Positions 16,990 to 27,206 of a stretch of DNA of 64,000 bases are shown here, one piece after another (the stretch's first letter is position 1; each line of letters starts with the position of its first letter). A program made the translations under genes and the position numbers. The notes below the pieces were generated by a model. That model had not been told where the DNA came from. It ran no database searches and saw only the letters and a program-made list of their open reading frames with translations. Location of the stretch: NCBI GenBank assembly GCA_963782055.1, contig CAWAIF010000003.1, positions 4,256,001 to 4,320,000 on the forward strand. The letters run 5' to 3'. Source of the stretch: an uncultured delta proteobacterium (GTDB lineage: Bacteria > Myxococcota_A > Polyangia > Polyangiales > Polyangiaceae).

Positions 16990-19900
16990 AGGCAGGCCTC
17001 CGCGTTTGGGCTGGAGCGCTCCTGGTGCTCGCGGCGTCGAGCTGTGGCGCCCCGCCGGGGCGTTCGTCGAGGGCGCCTCACGCGGGCGCTGCTGCGGAGG
17101 CCGGGTCGTCCTCTCCGAACTGCCCGACGGCTCCGCGCGCCGTCGTGGGGGCCGACCCCGGCGCGACCGAGATCCTCGACACCGCACACTCGGCGGGGGC
17201 CCGCGGCGCGGTCTCGCCGACCGGGACGCTCGCCACGCAGTCGTCCGACGGCACCATCCGTCTCTGGAACGTGCACTCGCGCAAGCTGCTCCGGTCCTTC
17301 CACTTCGACGTGACGAGACGGTTCGGCGGGGACCTGGCTTGGACGGCGGCCGGCGATCGCTTCGTCGCGGCCGTCGACGGGGGCCTCGTCACCTTCGGGC
17401 TCGACGGGTCGCGCGTCGCGACAGCCGGCGTCACCGTCGCGGTGCGCTCCACCGGCGACGCGGACGCCCCGTTCGTCACGGCGGGTGCAGTCCCCGGTCC
17501 CATCCGGGCCCTCGATGCCCATCTCGCGCCGCGCTTCGCGTTCGGTCCCCCCGCCGACGCCGGTCCGACGCAATCCGCGGTCTTCGAGGACGACTCGCCA
17601 CGCGGCCGCTGGGTGGCGCAGGCGCACGAGAAGGGCCTGGTGGTCTGGCCGGTCGCGGGCAAGGGCGGCCACGCGCACGTGCTCCCGCTGCCGGCGAGGG
17701 CGGTCGGCGGCGCCTTCGCGGTGCAGCCAGGCGGGGACGTCGCGGTCTACGCGTACGACGAGCTGGTCCGCCCGCACCGACGGGCGGACGGCGGCGTCGA
17801 GCCCGCCACGTGGCTCACGCACGCCTTCGTCGTGGACCTCAGGCACGATCAGCCGCCGGTCGAGCTTCCCAACCTTCGCGGCGTCGTGCCGGACGCGCTC
17901 GCGGTCTCCCCCGACGGGCACACCGCGGTCCTGGGCGCCTCGTCGACGTCGGCGTCGGATGCGGTGGGGCTCGCCGCGTGGGACCTCTCGACGCGGACCC
18001 TCCGGTGGACGCAGCGGCTGTCCGATCTCGACGCCGAGCTCGCTCGCGACCTTGCCGGGGCCAATCGCTCCGTTCAGCAGCTCGTGTTCGCGCCCGACGG
18101 GCGCACCGTCGTGGCGATGCTCGATGCCGGCACGATGCTGCAGCTCGAGACGTCGACGGGCATCTCGCTCGGGCAGTTCGGCCACCCCATCCAGGCCGCA
18201 CGCGACCTCGCATTCCTCGGGGAAGATCGGCTCATCGCGACCTCGTCCGGCGCGCTCGCCGACTGGTCACTCCCGGCGGGACGCGTGTCGCACCAGCCCC
18301 ACCAGCCCTCCGACCTTCCCCCGTTCGTGCAGGGCGACACGATGTTCACCGTCCGCTTGCCCAAGCTCTCGCCCACGACTCCGCTGTGCCCGCCGGACCA
18401 CGCGCCGCTGGCCGTCGAGCGGCACACGCTGGACACGGACGAGCCGCGCTCCAGCTCGAAGTGGCTCGCGCTCGTGAAGCCGTCGGCCGCCTGGCCCGCC
18501 ACGAAGTGGCGGACGCTGTACTGCGTACCGCTCGGGGGCGGCGATGCGCCGGGCGCGGTGCAGCCCACCTGGAAGCGCGACAACCCGATCGAGGCCTGGG
18601 ACCCCTCTCGCGGGCTCGTCATCGTTCCGTGGGGGGCGGCGAAGGATCCACTCGGCGCGACGCCCCGCGCGGTCGTGGAGATCGCCACCGGGCGCAGCGT
18701 CGTGCTCCGGGGGTCCGCGGGCAGCATGCTCGACCCCCTGCACCCGTTCTTCGTGGCGGGAGGCTCGTTGGTCGCGGCGATCGTGCGCGTGCCGACGCAG
18801 ACCATGAGCGGGCTCTACGTGTGGGACGCGAAGACCGGGGCGCTGGTGATCAAGGGGTTCCGCTTCGGCACCGGCCCCACGACGGCCGTCGTGCCGGACG
18901 AGCCCGAACTGACGGCGGTGGCGGTCTCCGACGACGGCTCCACCCTCGCCGCCGCGTACCGGCGCAAGCTCGCCATCCTGACGCCGCGTCACCCGGACCG
19001 GCGCGTCGACGTCTCGCTCGACCGTGAGGCCACCGCCCTGGCGGTCTCCCGGGACGCGAAGACCGTCTTCGTGGGCACGCTGGATGGCGACCTGCTCGTC
19101 GTTCGCGATGGCCGCGTCGTGTCCCACGTCCGCGGCACCGGCGGAGGTTACGTCACCGCGCTCGCGGCGTCCCCGGGGGCCGGCGTCGTCGCCGCCGCCA
19201 CGACCGATGGGGCGATTCGCGTGTTCGACGCCGAAGCCGCGCGGCTTCGCGGCACCCTGGCGACCTTCCAGGACGACGAGTTCGTGGCCCTCACGCCGGG
19301 AGGCGCGTACTCGGGGACACGCGAGGTCGCCGACCGCGTGGGGTGGGTGTTCGACCGCCCGCTGGAGCGCTTCGGGTTCGAGCAGTTCTCCGCCGCGTTC
19401 GACTCACCCACTCTGGTGCGCCGGCGTCTGGCAGGCGAGGCGGTGGACGTCTCGGCGACCGTGGAGAGGCCGCCGACGGTGACGCTCACCCCCCCGGCCT
19501 CCCGCATCGTCTCGACGCGGAGCGCACGCCTGCACGTGCACGTCGGCTCCGCCGCGCGCGTCGACACCGTCCGCGCCTTCGTGGAAGGGCGGTTCGCCGC
19601 GGAGAAGGCCGTCTGCGCGCCGACCGGCGACGTGGACCTCGACGTCCCGCTGCTCTCGGGACGCAACCGCGTGAGCGTCATCGCCTTCGACGCCGAGGGC
19701 TACGCGTCCAATCCCGCCGTCGTCGACCTCGAAGCGCGCGTCCCGAATGCCCCGAAGCCGGACGTGTGGGTGATCTCGGTCGGCGTGAGCCGGTACCCGA
19801 ACGTCCCCGGCGGGGACCTGCCGGCGGCGAGCGGGGATGCGCGGGCCGTCGCCCGAGCGCTCTCCGGCCTGGCAGGGTCCGGCTACGCGAAGGCGCACGT

Positions 19901-20528
19901 GACGACGCTGACCGACGACCAGGCGTCACCCGACGCGATCCGCGCCGCGCTCGCGCGGCTCTCCCGGATGTCGCGCGACGACGTCGCCTTCGTCTTCCTG
20001 GCCGGCCACGGGCTCGCGCTCGGTCCCGGCGCCATGGTGTTCGCCACGGGCCGCGTCCGGTGGGACGTGCAGAAGAGAGGCCTGACGCGCGAGTCCATCG
20101 CCGGGGCGACGCTGGACTGGAACGACATGGCGGCGGCGGTCGGCCACGCGCCCGGTCGCGTGGTGATCCTCCTCGACGCGTGCCACTCCGGAAACGTGAC
20201 GCAGTCGCTGGTGGTGCCCAACGAGAGCCTGGCCGACTCGCTCGTCCGTGAGCACCGCGCGGGCGCCATCGTCTTCTCCGCCGCGAAAGGCCGCCAGTTC
20301 AGCCTGGAGGACCCGGTGTCGAAGCGAGGCTTCTTCGCCGGCGCGTTGCTCGCCTCCCTGAGGAGCGCGACGACCGACAGGGACCACGACGGCTTCGTGG
20401 AGCTCGGCGAGCTGCTGGACGAGACGACCCGCCGCGTCGCGCTCCGGACCGCGGGCAAGCAGACGCCGTTCATCGCGCGCCGCGAGCTCTTCGGCGACTT
20501 CGTCGTCGCCCCCGTCGCCCCGCCGTGA
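16986..20528 (+). CDS. WD40-repeat protein with a C-terminal caspase-like (peptidase C14) domain
   Basis: WD-like repeats (DGTIRLWN, DGAIRVFD) and catalytic FLAGHG and LDACHSG. GTGA overlap with the upstream gene. Confidence 0.85.
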   Translation: MKAGLRVWAGALLVLAASSCGAPPGRSSRAPHAGAAAEAGSSSPNCPTAPRAVVGADPGATEILDTAHSAGARGAVSPTGTLATQSSDGTIRLWNVHSRKLLRSFHFDVTRRFGGDLAWTAAGDRFVAAVDGGLVTFGLDGSRVATAGVTVAVRSTGDADAPFVTAGAVPGPIRALDAHLAPRFAFGPPADAGPTQSAVFEDDSPRGRWVAQAHEKGLVVWPVAGKGGHAHVLPLPARAVGGAFAVQPGGDVAVYAYDELVRPHRRADGGVEPATWLTHAFVVDLRHDQPPVELPNLRGVVPDALAVSPDGHTAVLGASSTSASDAVGLAAWDLSTRTLRWTQRLSDLDAELARDLAGANRSVQQLVFAPDGRTVVAMLDAGTMLQLETSTGISLGQFGHPIQAARDLAFLGEDRLIATSSGALADWSLPAGRVSHQPHQPSDLPPFVQGDTMFTVRLPKLSPTTPLCPPDHAPLAVERHTLDTDEPRSSSKWLALVKPSAAWPATKWRTLYCVPLGGGDAPGAVQPTWKRDNPIEAWDPSRGLVIVPWGAAKDPLGATPRAVVEIATGRSVVLRGSAGSMLDPLHPFFVAGGSLVAAIVRVPTQTMSGLYVWDAKTGALVIKGFRFGTGPTTAVVPDEPELTAVAVSDDGSTLAAAYRRKLAILTPRHPDRRVDVSLDREATALAVSRDAKTVFVGTLDGDLLVVRDGRVVSHVRGTGGGYVTALAASPGAGVVAAATTDGAIRVFDAEAARLRGTLATFQDDEFVALTPGGAYSGTREVADRVGWVFDRPLERFGFEQFSAAFDSPTLVRRRLAGEAVDVSATVERPPTVTLTPPASRIVSTRSARLHVHVGSAARVDTVRAFVEGRFAAEKAVCAPTGDVDLDVPLLSGRNRVSVIAFDAEGYASNPAVVDLEARVPNAPKPDVWVISVGVSRYPNVPGGDLPAASGDARAVARALSGLAGSGYAKAHVTTLTDDQASPDAIRAALARLSRMSRDDVAFVFLAGHGLALGPGAMVFATGRVRWDVQKRGLTRESIAGATLDWNDMAAAVGHAPGRVVILLDACHSGNVTQSLVVPNESLADSLVREHRAGAIVFSAAKGRQFSLEDPVSKRGFFAGALLASLRSATTDRDHDGFVELGELLDETTRRVALRTAGKQTPFIARRELFGDFVVAPVAPP

Positions 20529-20605
20529 CCCCACCGGAGCCCGCGCCGGTCGTCAAGCGGGGGTAGACGCTCGCGCGCGGCGACCCCAGTGCTTATGGTC
20601 GCCCT

Positions 20606-22375
20606 GTGACCACCTCAGGCCACCCCCCCGTCGACCTCGCCGCGATCGCCCGAGCCATCCTCGACGGCTTCGACAAGCACTACCGCATTTTCCGCGCCAT
20701 CAGCGCCGGGGCCAAGAGCCGGTTCGAGCACGCCGACTGGGCGGCGGTGCAGCGCGCGCGCATCGAGCGCATCGACATGTACGACCAGCGGGTGCGCGAG
20801 GCCGTGGTCGTCCTGGCGGAGCGCCACGGCGAGACGCTCGGCGACGCGGTCTGGCCGGGCATCAAGCAGGCCTACATCGCGCTCCTGGTGAACCACCAGC
20901 AGCCCGAGCTGGCCGAGACCTTCTTCAACTCCGTCGCCTGCCGGGTGCTCGCGCGCACCTATTACACCAACCGCCACATCTTCTGGCGGCCTGCGATGTC
21001 CACCGAGCACATCGCGTCCCACCAGAAGACCTACCGCTCCTACTACCCGGCGCGCGAGGGCGTGCGCGCGATGATGCGCGCCATCGTCGCCGACCTCGGG
21101 CTCTCGAGGGAGTGGGAGGACCTCCGCCGCGACATCGCCGCGGTGATCCGCGCGATGTCGGCCTTCCTCCCGCGGCCGATGGTGGTGCAGCCCAACATCC
21201 AGGTGCAGGTGCTGTCCTCGCTCTTCTACCGGAACCAGGCGGCGTACCTGGTCGGCCGCGTGATCAACGGCAACGAGCGCACACCCTTCGCGGTGCCGAT
21301 CCGGCACGACGGGGAGGGGCGGCTCTACCTCGACGCGCTGCTGCTGCAGCGGGTCGAGCTCGGCGCGCTCTTCTCCCTCGCCCGCGCCTACTTCATGGTG
21401 GACATGGAGGTGCCGTCGGCCTTCGTCCACTTCCTCCAGTCGATCTTCCCCGAGAAGCCCGCCGCCGAGCTCTACACCGCGATCGGGCTGCACAAGCAGG
21501 GCAAGACGCTCTTTTACCGCGACATGGCCGAGCACCTGGAGCACTCGTTCGACCGCTTCGTCGCCGCGCCGGGCGTGCCGGGCATGGTGATGACGGTCTT
21601 CACGCTCCCCTCCTTCCCCTTCGTCTTCAAGCTGATCCGGGATCGCTTCGACGCGCCGAAGGACCTCGAGCGGGCGCAGGTGGTGGCGCAGTATCGCTTC
21701 GTCAAGCTGCACGACCGCGCCGGGCGGATGGCCGACACCCTCGAGTTCAGCGACGTGGCCCTGCCCATCTGGCGCTTCTCCGCCGAGCTGCTGGCGGAGC
21801 TCGAGGCGAAGGCGCCGAAGATGCTCGAGCGCGACGGCGACCACCTCGTCATCAAGCACGTCTACATCGAGCGCCGGCTCACCCCGCTGGACGTCCACCT
21901 CGCCCAGGCGAAGAACGAGGAGCAGGTGCGGCACGGGCTGCGGGAGTACGGCAACTGCCTGCGCGAGCTGGCCTACGCCGGGATCTTCCCCGGCGACATG
22001 CTGCTCAAGAACTTCGGCGTCACCCGGTACGGGCGGGTCGTCTTCTACGACTACGACGAGCTCTCCGAGCTCTCACGCGTGAACTTCCGCCGCATGCCCG
22101 CCCCCACCACCGACGAGCAAGAGTGCGCCGGCGAGCCGTGGTTCTACGTCGGCCCGAACGACGTCTTCCCCGAGGAACTCCCCACCTTCGTCTTCCCCCA
22201 CGCGCGCTGGCGGGAGATCTTCGAGCAGGAGCACCCCGACCTCTTCACGGCCGACTTCTGGATCGAGACGCAGCGGAGGGTGGCGGCGGGCGAGCAGATC
22301 GCCATGTTCCCCTACCCGCCCGAGCGCTGCTTCCCGCACGCGCACCGGAGGGCGCGGGGAGAAGGCACGCGGTGA
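20606..22375 (+). CDS. aceK: Isocitrate dehydrogenase kinase/phosphatase
   Basis: ELAETFFNSV, KQGKTLFYR, APGVPGMVMTVFTLP, HDRAGRMADT, FPGDMLLKNFGVTR, FYDYDE. Confidence 0.95.
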   Translation: MTTSGHPPVDLAAIARAILDGFDKHYRIFRAISAGAKSRFEHADWAAVQRARIERIDMYDQRVREAVVVLAERHGETLGDAVWPGIKQAYIALLVNHQQPELAETFFNSVACRVLARTYYTNRHIFWRPAMSTEHIASHQKTYRSYYPAREGVRAMMRAIVADLGLSREWEDLRRDIAAVIRAMSAFLPRPMVVQPNIQVQVLSSLFYRNQAAYLVGRVINGNERTPFAVPIRHDGEGRLYLDALLLQRVELGALFSLARAYFMVDMEVPSAFVHFLQSIFPEKPAAELYTAIGLHKQGKTLFYRDMAEHLEHSFDRFVAAPGVPGMVMTVFTLPSFPFVFKLIRDRFDAPKDLERAQVVAQYRFVKLHDRAGRMADTLEFSDVALPIWRFSAELLAELEAKAPKMLERDGDHLVIKHVYIERRLTPLDVHLAQAKNEEQVRHGLREYGNCLRELAYAGIFPGDMLLKNFGVTRYGRVVFYDYDELSELSRVNFRRMPAPTTDEQECAGEPWFYVGPNDVFPEELPTFVFPHARWREIFEQEHPDLFTADFWIETQRRVAAGEQIAMFPYPPERCFPHAHRRARGEGTR

Positions 22376-22461
22376 CCGCTCAATCGCCAGGGGGTGCTCC
22401 CGCCGGTGGCCACCGCCGCCCTCTTGCGCGCCCGGCGCCACCTCGGCAAGACTCCGGTCCC

Positions 22462-23799
22462 ATGCGCCGCGCACTCGCCGCTCCGATCCTCCTGCTCTTC
22501 CTCTTCGCGCTCGCCTGTGACAGGCGCAGTGCCCCGGCGCACGGGGCGCCCGCCGCACCGGATGCCTCCGCCTCGACGGGCGCCGCTCCGACGACCTCCC
22601 CGTCGACGTCGGCGTCCACCGCGGCCAGCTCGCGACCCGCCGTGCCGATGCCGCCGCCGAGCGAGACGGCGCCGCTCGCGAAGGCGAGCAACGCCTTCGC
22701 CTTCGCGCTCTACGATCAGGTCCGGTCGCGGCAGGGCAACCTCGCCATGTCGCCCGCGAGCGTCTCGTGCGCGGTGGCGATGAGCTACGGCGGGGCGCGC
22801 GGGGAGACGGCCGCCGAGATCCGCAAGGCGCTCCGCTTCACCGGCGACCCTGCCGCCGTGATGAGCAGCTGGGGCAAGCTCGCGCGCGCGCTCTCCAGCG
22901 CCGGCCGTCCGGTGACGTCGACCATCGCCAGTCGCCTCTTCGGCGAGGCGTCCTTCCACTTCGAGGAGGCGTACCTCGATCGGACGCGCGTCGCGTTCGG
23001 CTCCGAGCTCGAACGGGTGGACCTCGCGCACGCGCCGGAGCGGGCGCGCGCGCACATCAACGGCTGGGTCGACGGACAGACTCACGGCCGGATCAAGGAC
23101 CTCATCCCCGCGCGCGCCCTGACGCCCCAGACCCGGCTCGTGCTGGTCAATGCGTTCTACTTCCTCGCGAGGTGGGCCCATCCGTTCGACGGAGGCGCGA
23201 CGCGCGACGAGCCCTTCACCCTCGCGACGAGCGCGAAGAAGAAGACCCCGATGATGCACGAGCGCACCACCGTGTCGTACGCGAAGGTGCCCGGCGCGGC
23301 GCTCGTCGCGCTCCCCTACCAGGACGACGTCGCGTCGCTGCTCATCGTCCTGCCGGACCAGGTGGGCGGGATCGCGTCGCTCGAGGGCTCGCTCGCGACC
23401 AACCTGGAGGGCTGGCGCGCCAGGATGACGTCGCAGCTCGTGGACGTGACGCTGCCCCGCTTCGAGATGAATCCGGACACGCTGGCGCTCGCACCCGTCC
23501 TCCGTGCGCTCGGCATGCGCACCGCCTTCGACCGCGCGAAGGCCGACTTCACCGGCATCGCGAACCCGCCCGATCCGAAGGAGCGCCTCGCGATCGACGC
23601 CATCTTCCACAAGGCGTTCGTGAAGGTGGACGAGGTGGGCACCGAGGCCGCCGCGGCGACGGGGCTGTTGATGGCGCCCGCCGGCATCGGCGTCGCGCCG
23701 AAGCCGGTGAAGTTCGTCGCGGACCATCCGTTCTTCTTCGCGATCGTCGATCACGCGACGGGGTTGATCCTGCTCGACGGGCGCCTCGCCGAGCCCTGA
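22462..23799 (+). CDS. Serpin (serine protease inhibitor), probably exported
   Basis: SNAFAFALY, SPASV, LVLVNAFYF, hinge VDEVGTEAAAAT, FVADHPFFF. Lipobox-like LAC. Confidence 0.92.
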   Translation: MRRALAAPILLLFLFALACDRRSAPAHGAPAAPDASASTGAAPTTSPSTSASTAASSRPAVPMPPPSETAPLAKASNAFAFALYDQVRSRQGNLAMSPASVSCAVAMSYGGARGETAAEIRKALRFTGDPAAVMSSWGKLARALSSAGRPVTSTIASRLFGEASFHFEEAYLDRTRVAFGSELERVDLAHAPERARAHINGWVDGQTHGRIKDLIPARALTPQTRLVLVNAFYFLARWAHPFDGGATRDEPFTLATSAKKKTPMMHERTTVSYAKVPGAALVALPYQDDVASLLIVLPDQVGGIASLEGSLATNLEGWRARMTSQLVDVTLPRFEMNPDTLALAPVLRALGMRTAFDRAKADFTGIANPPDPKERLAIDAIFHKAFVKVDEVGTEAAAATGLLMAPAGIGVAPKPVKFVADHPFFFAIVDHATGLILLDGRLAEP

Positions 23800-23849
23800 T
23801 CGGCGGCGCAGGCCGGGCGCGCCGCGCGTATCCTGACCCGGTGAGCGGC

Positions 23850-25697
23850 ATGGACCTCGTCAGCGCCTGGGCGCTCCTCCTGCTCGCGCTGATCGTGCTG
23901 GTTCGCGGGGCGCGCGGCGCGGGCTGGGCGCGCTGGGCGCTCGGCGCCGGGGTCCTCGCCGTCGTCGCCGGGGCCTTCGCCGTCCGCCCGCGGGCGCGGC
24001 CGGCGCGCGCGGATCCGGACACGCCGGCGCGCACGACACCGGGGGAGTACGTCTCGTCGGCGGCGTGCCGGAGCTGCCATCCGTCGGAGTACGCGAGCTG
24101 GCACCGCAGCTTCCACCGCACCATGACGCAGGAGCCCGGTCCGGCGATGGTGGGAGCGCCCGTCTTCGGCAGCGACGCCCCCGCCGGTGCGCCCGCGCGG
24201 CTGGAGGCGCGCGACGGCGCGGTGTGGGCGACCTACGAGGACCCGGACGCGACGCCGGGGCTCGCGGCCGAGGCGGGCGGGAGCGCGCCGCGCATCACCC
24301 GCCGGGTGGTGCTCGCCACCGGCTCCCACCACTACCAGGGCTACTGGACCAGCGGCCCGCGCCCCGGGGAGCTCGCGATGCTTCCGTGGGTTTACCTCGT
24401 CGCGGAGGAGCGCTGGATCCTCCGGCGCGACGCGTTCGTGCAGCCGCCGGACGCGCCGCAGCACGACGTGCACTGGAGCTCCAACTGCATCCAGTGCCAC
24501 GCCACCGCCGGCCGCCCCGGCTACGATCCCGACGGCGCCCCCGGCTCCCCCGTCCGCAGCGAGGTCGTCGAGCTCGGGATCGCGTGCGAGGCGTGCCACG
24601 GCCCCGGCGGCGCGCACGTGCGCAAGCACCGCAGCCCGCTCGAGCGCTACGAGGCGCGCGGCCTGCCTGACCCATCCATCGTCGACCCCGCGCGCCTCTC
24701 GCCGGCGAAGGCCTCCGCCCTCTGCGGGCAGTGCCACGCCTACGCGTACCCCAAGGACGAGGACGACTGGTGGCGCCGCGGCTACACGCGGAGCTTCCGC
24801 CCCGGCCAGAGGCTGGACGCCTCGCGCACGGTGCTCTCTCTCGACGACCTGGACCGCCCCGGCGCGCCGTGGCTGGACGCCAGCGCCCGCAGCATCTTCT
24901 GGTCGGACGGCGCCATCCGGGTCGGCGGCCGCGAGTACAACGCCCTCACGGCGTCGCGGTGCTTCGCCGGAGGCCACGGCGATCGCAAGCTCTCCTGCCT
25001 CTCCTGCCACTCGATGCACGATCACGAGCGCGGGCGCGTCGACCCGGTGCATCAGGTCACGCCGGGCAAGGACGGCGACGGCGCCTGCGCCGGGTGCCAC
25101 GCCGACGTCGTGGCGAGGGGCGAGGCGCACACCCACCACGCGCCCGGGTCCGCCGGCGCCGCGTGCATGGGCTGCCACATGCCGCGGACCACCTACGCGT
25201 TGCTCGGGGCGATGCGCTCGCACCGCATCGACAGCCCGAGCGTGGCGGTCGCCCTCGCCACGGGCCGACCCACCGCGTGCAACCTCTGCCACGTCGACCG
25301 CACCCTCGCGTGGACGGAGGACCGCCTGGCCGCGTGGTACGGCCAGCCGCGGCACACGCTCGACGCGCGCGACAGGACGGTGTCCGCCACGGTCCGCGCC
25401 GCGCTCCAGGGCGACGCCGCGCAGCGCGCCATCGCCGCCTTCGCGCTCGGCACCCCCGAGGCCCGCGCGGCCTCCGGCGGCGCGTGGGAGGCGCCGGTCC
25501 TGGCGGCCCTGACCTCCGACCCCTACGCCGCGGTACGCGCGGTCGCCGCTCGCAGCGCGCGCGCCCTCGCCGGCGCGGGCGGCGCCCCGCACGATCCGGC
25601 CGCCGTGCTCGAGGGGGCGGGCGGAGCCCCCGATCCGGCGGCGCTGCACGCAATCCTTGTCGACCGCGACGATCGCGCGGTTACCATCTCGGAGTGA
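23850..25697 (+). CDS. Membrane-anchored multiheme (octaheme) c-type cytochrome with a C-terminal HEAT-like tail
   Basis: Eight CxxCH motifs: CRSCH, CIQCH, CEACH, CGQCH, CLSCH, CAGCH, CMGCH, CNLCH. Two N-terminal hydrophobic segments. Confidence 0.85.
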   Translation: MDLVSAWALLLLALIVLVRGARGAGWARWALGAGVLAVVAGAFAVRPRARPARADPDTPARTTPGEYVSSAACRSCHPSEYASWHRSFHRTMTQEPGPAMVGAPVFGSDAPAGAPARLEARDGAVWATYEDPDATPGLAAEAGGSAPRITRRVVLATGSHHYQGYWTSGPRPGELAMLPWVYLVAEERWILRRDAFVQPPDAPQHDVHWSSNCIQCHATAGRPGYDPDGAPGSPVRSEVVELGIACEACHGPGGAHVRKHRSPLERYEARGLPDPSIVDPARLSPAKASALCGQCHAYAYPKDEDDWWRRGYTRSFRPGQRLDASRTVLSLDDLDRPGAPWLDASARSIFWSDGAIRVGGREYNALTASRCFAGGHGDRKLSCLSCHSMHDHERGRVDPVHQVTPGKDGDGACAGCHADVVARGEAHTHHAPGSAGAACMGCHMPRTTYALLGAMRSHRIDSPSVAVALATGRPTACNLCHVDRTLAWTEDRLAAWYGQPRHTLDARDRTVSATVRAALQGDAAQRAIAAFALGTPEARAASGGAWEAPVLAALTSDPYAAVRAVAARSARALAGAGGAPHDPAAVLEGAGGAPDPAALHAILVDRDDRAVTISE

Positions 25698-26122
25698 CGC
25701 GAGAGGACACCGACGACGCCGCGCGGGTCGCCACCCGCCACCTGCGCGCGGGCTTCGGCGGCCTGCTGGTGTTCCTGCTGCTGGGGGCGGTGCTGGAGGG
25801 CCTCTTCGCCTTCAAGGTGGGCGGCTACCTGGACGCCGGCAACGAGACGCGGCGGCTGTTGCTGCGGCTCGCCCACGCCCACGGCACCCTGGTGGCGATC
25901 GTCAACGTGCTCTTCGCGCTGGTCGCCGGGAGGGTGCCGGGGCGCGCCCGGCGGCTCGCCTCCGGATCGCTGCTCGCCGCGCTGGTGCTGCTCCCGGGCG
26001 GCTTCTTCTTCGGAGGCCTCTTCGTCCACGGGGGCGATCCCGGCATGGCGGCGGCCCTGGCGCCTGCAGGTGCTCTGGCCCTTGCGGTGGGCATCGGCGC
26101 CGTCGCCGCCCGGGTGCGCTGA
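25694..26122 (+). CDS. Small integral membrane protein (about 4 TM, HAH motif)
   Basis: Four hydrophobic stretches and RLAHAHGTL. GTGA overlap with the cytochrome gene. Confidence 0.7.
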   Translation: MTREDTDDAARVATRHLRAGFGGLLVFLLLGAVLEGLFAFKVGGYLDAGNETRRLLLRLAHAHGTLVAIVNVLFALVAGRVPGRARRLASGSLLAALVLLPGGFFFGGLFVHGGDPGMAAALAPAGALALAVGIGAVAARVR

Positions 26123-26152
26123 CCGCAAGCAAGCTGACGATCGGGCGATTGG

Positions 26153-27118
26153 TCAGGGGGCCTTCTCGGCCACGAACAGGTCCAGCTGCCCGTTCCTGTT
26201 GGATTCCATGTAGAGCCGACAGCCGTCGGCGGAGAGCCAGTTGGCCCGCTCGTCGCTCGCGCTGTTGAGTTCCATCGCGTTGGACAGCGGACCGAAGGCC
26301 TCCGCGGTGGAGTCCCGGTGGGCGAGGAAGATGTCCGCCTTGCCCGCCGATGCCAGGTCGGTCCGGCGGGAGCTCACGTAGGCCCACAGCCCGTCGCTGG
26401 AGATGACGACGCCGTCGTCATCCTCCGGCGAGGAGAGGTCGGGCACCGGCATGGGAGCCCCCAGGCCCGCGTCTCCCGCACCCGCCCGCCAGACGCTCAG
26501 CGATCCGCCGCGGGCGGAGACGAAGTACAGGCTCCCGTCCGCGGCGGGGAAGGGCGCGACGTCGGTCGTCGGCGACTGCAGCAGTGCGGGGAGCTGGAAG
26601 CCGGTGCCGAAGGCGTCGCCGGGCGCCTGCCGTGTCGCCTCGAACAGGTCGTAGCCGGAGCCCCCGCCGGAGCCGGAGAAGTACAGGACGAGGCCGTCGC
26701 CAGTGACGCCGGGGTCCACCGGGTGGTTCGGGTCGACGCCCTGCTCCAGGGTCGGCGTGCCGAAGGCGTCGGTGCGGCTCGCACGCACCGCGTGCATGAC
26801 GTGAGCGGCGCTGCCGGCGTCGCCGGCCGGCACGGTGGTGCCGTACCACAGCTCCAGCTCGTCCGTGGTGAGCGACTGCTTGAACTCGTCGTGGACGTCG
26901 TTCAGCTCGGCCATGGGGACGAGCGACGTGAAGGGCTTCGCCGGATCGCACGCGAGGGTGGAGGAGGCCTCCGGCGCCGCATCGCCTCCCCCACTGTCGC
27001 CCCCAACGCCGCCCCCATCCTGCGGGCCCAGGCCATCGAGCGAGACCAGCAGCGAGCAGCCCGCCACGGCGACGGCGAGGCCGACCAGGGCGAAGAATGG
27101 TCCGACGGAACGCCGCAC
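26153..27118 (-). CDS. Lipoprotein with PD40/TolB-like beta-propeller repeats
   Basis: Lipobox VAGC and repeated S/T.DGL.LYF.S.R and DLF.A.R units. Confidence 0.75.
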   Translation of the reverse strand: MRRSVGPFFALVGLAVAVAGCSLLVSLDGLGPQDGGGVGGDSGGGDAAPEASSTLACDPAKPFTSLVPMAELNDVHDEFKQSLTTDELELWYGTTVPAGDAGSAAHVMHAVRASRTDAFGTPTLEQGVDPNHPVDPGVTGDGLVLYFSGSGGGSGYDLFEATRQAPGDAFGTGFQLPALLQSPTTDVAPFPAADGSLYFVSARGGSLSVWRAGAGDAGLGAPMPVPDLSSPEDDDGVVISSDGLWAYVSSRRTDLASAGKADIFLAHRDSTAEAFGPLSNAMELNSASDERANWLSADGCRLYMESNRNGQLDLFVAEKAP

Positions 27119-27206
27119 GATGCCGCAGCATACCGCGACGCCCGCGGCGGCGTCACGGACGTGTGACCCGCCGCGTCGGCGCGTCGTGCGCTATGTTGAT
27201 GCTCGC

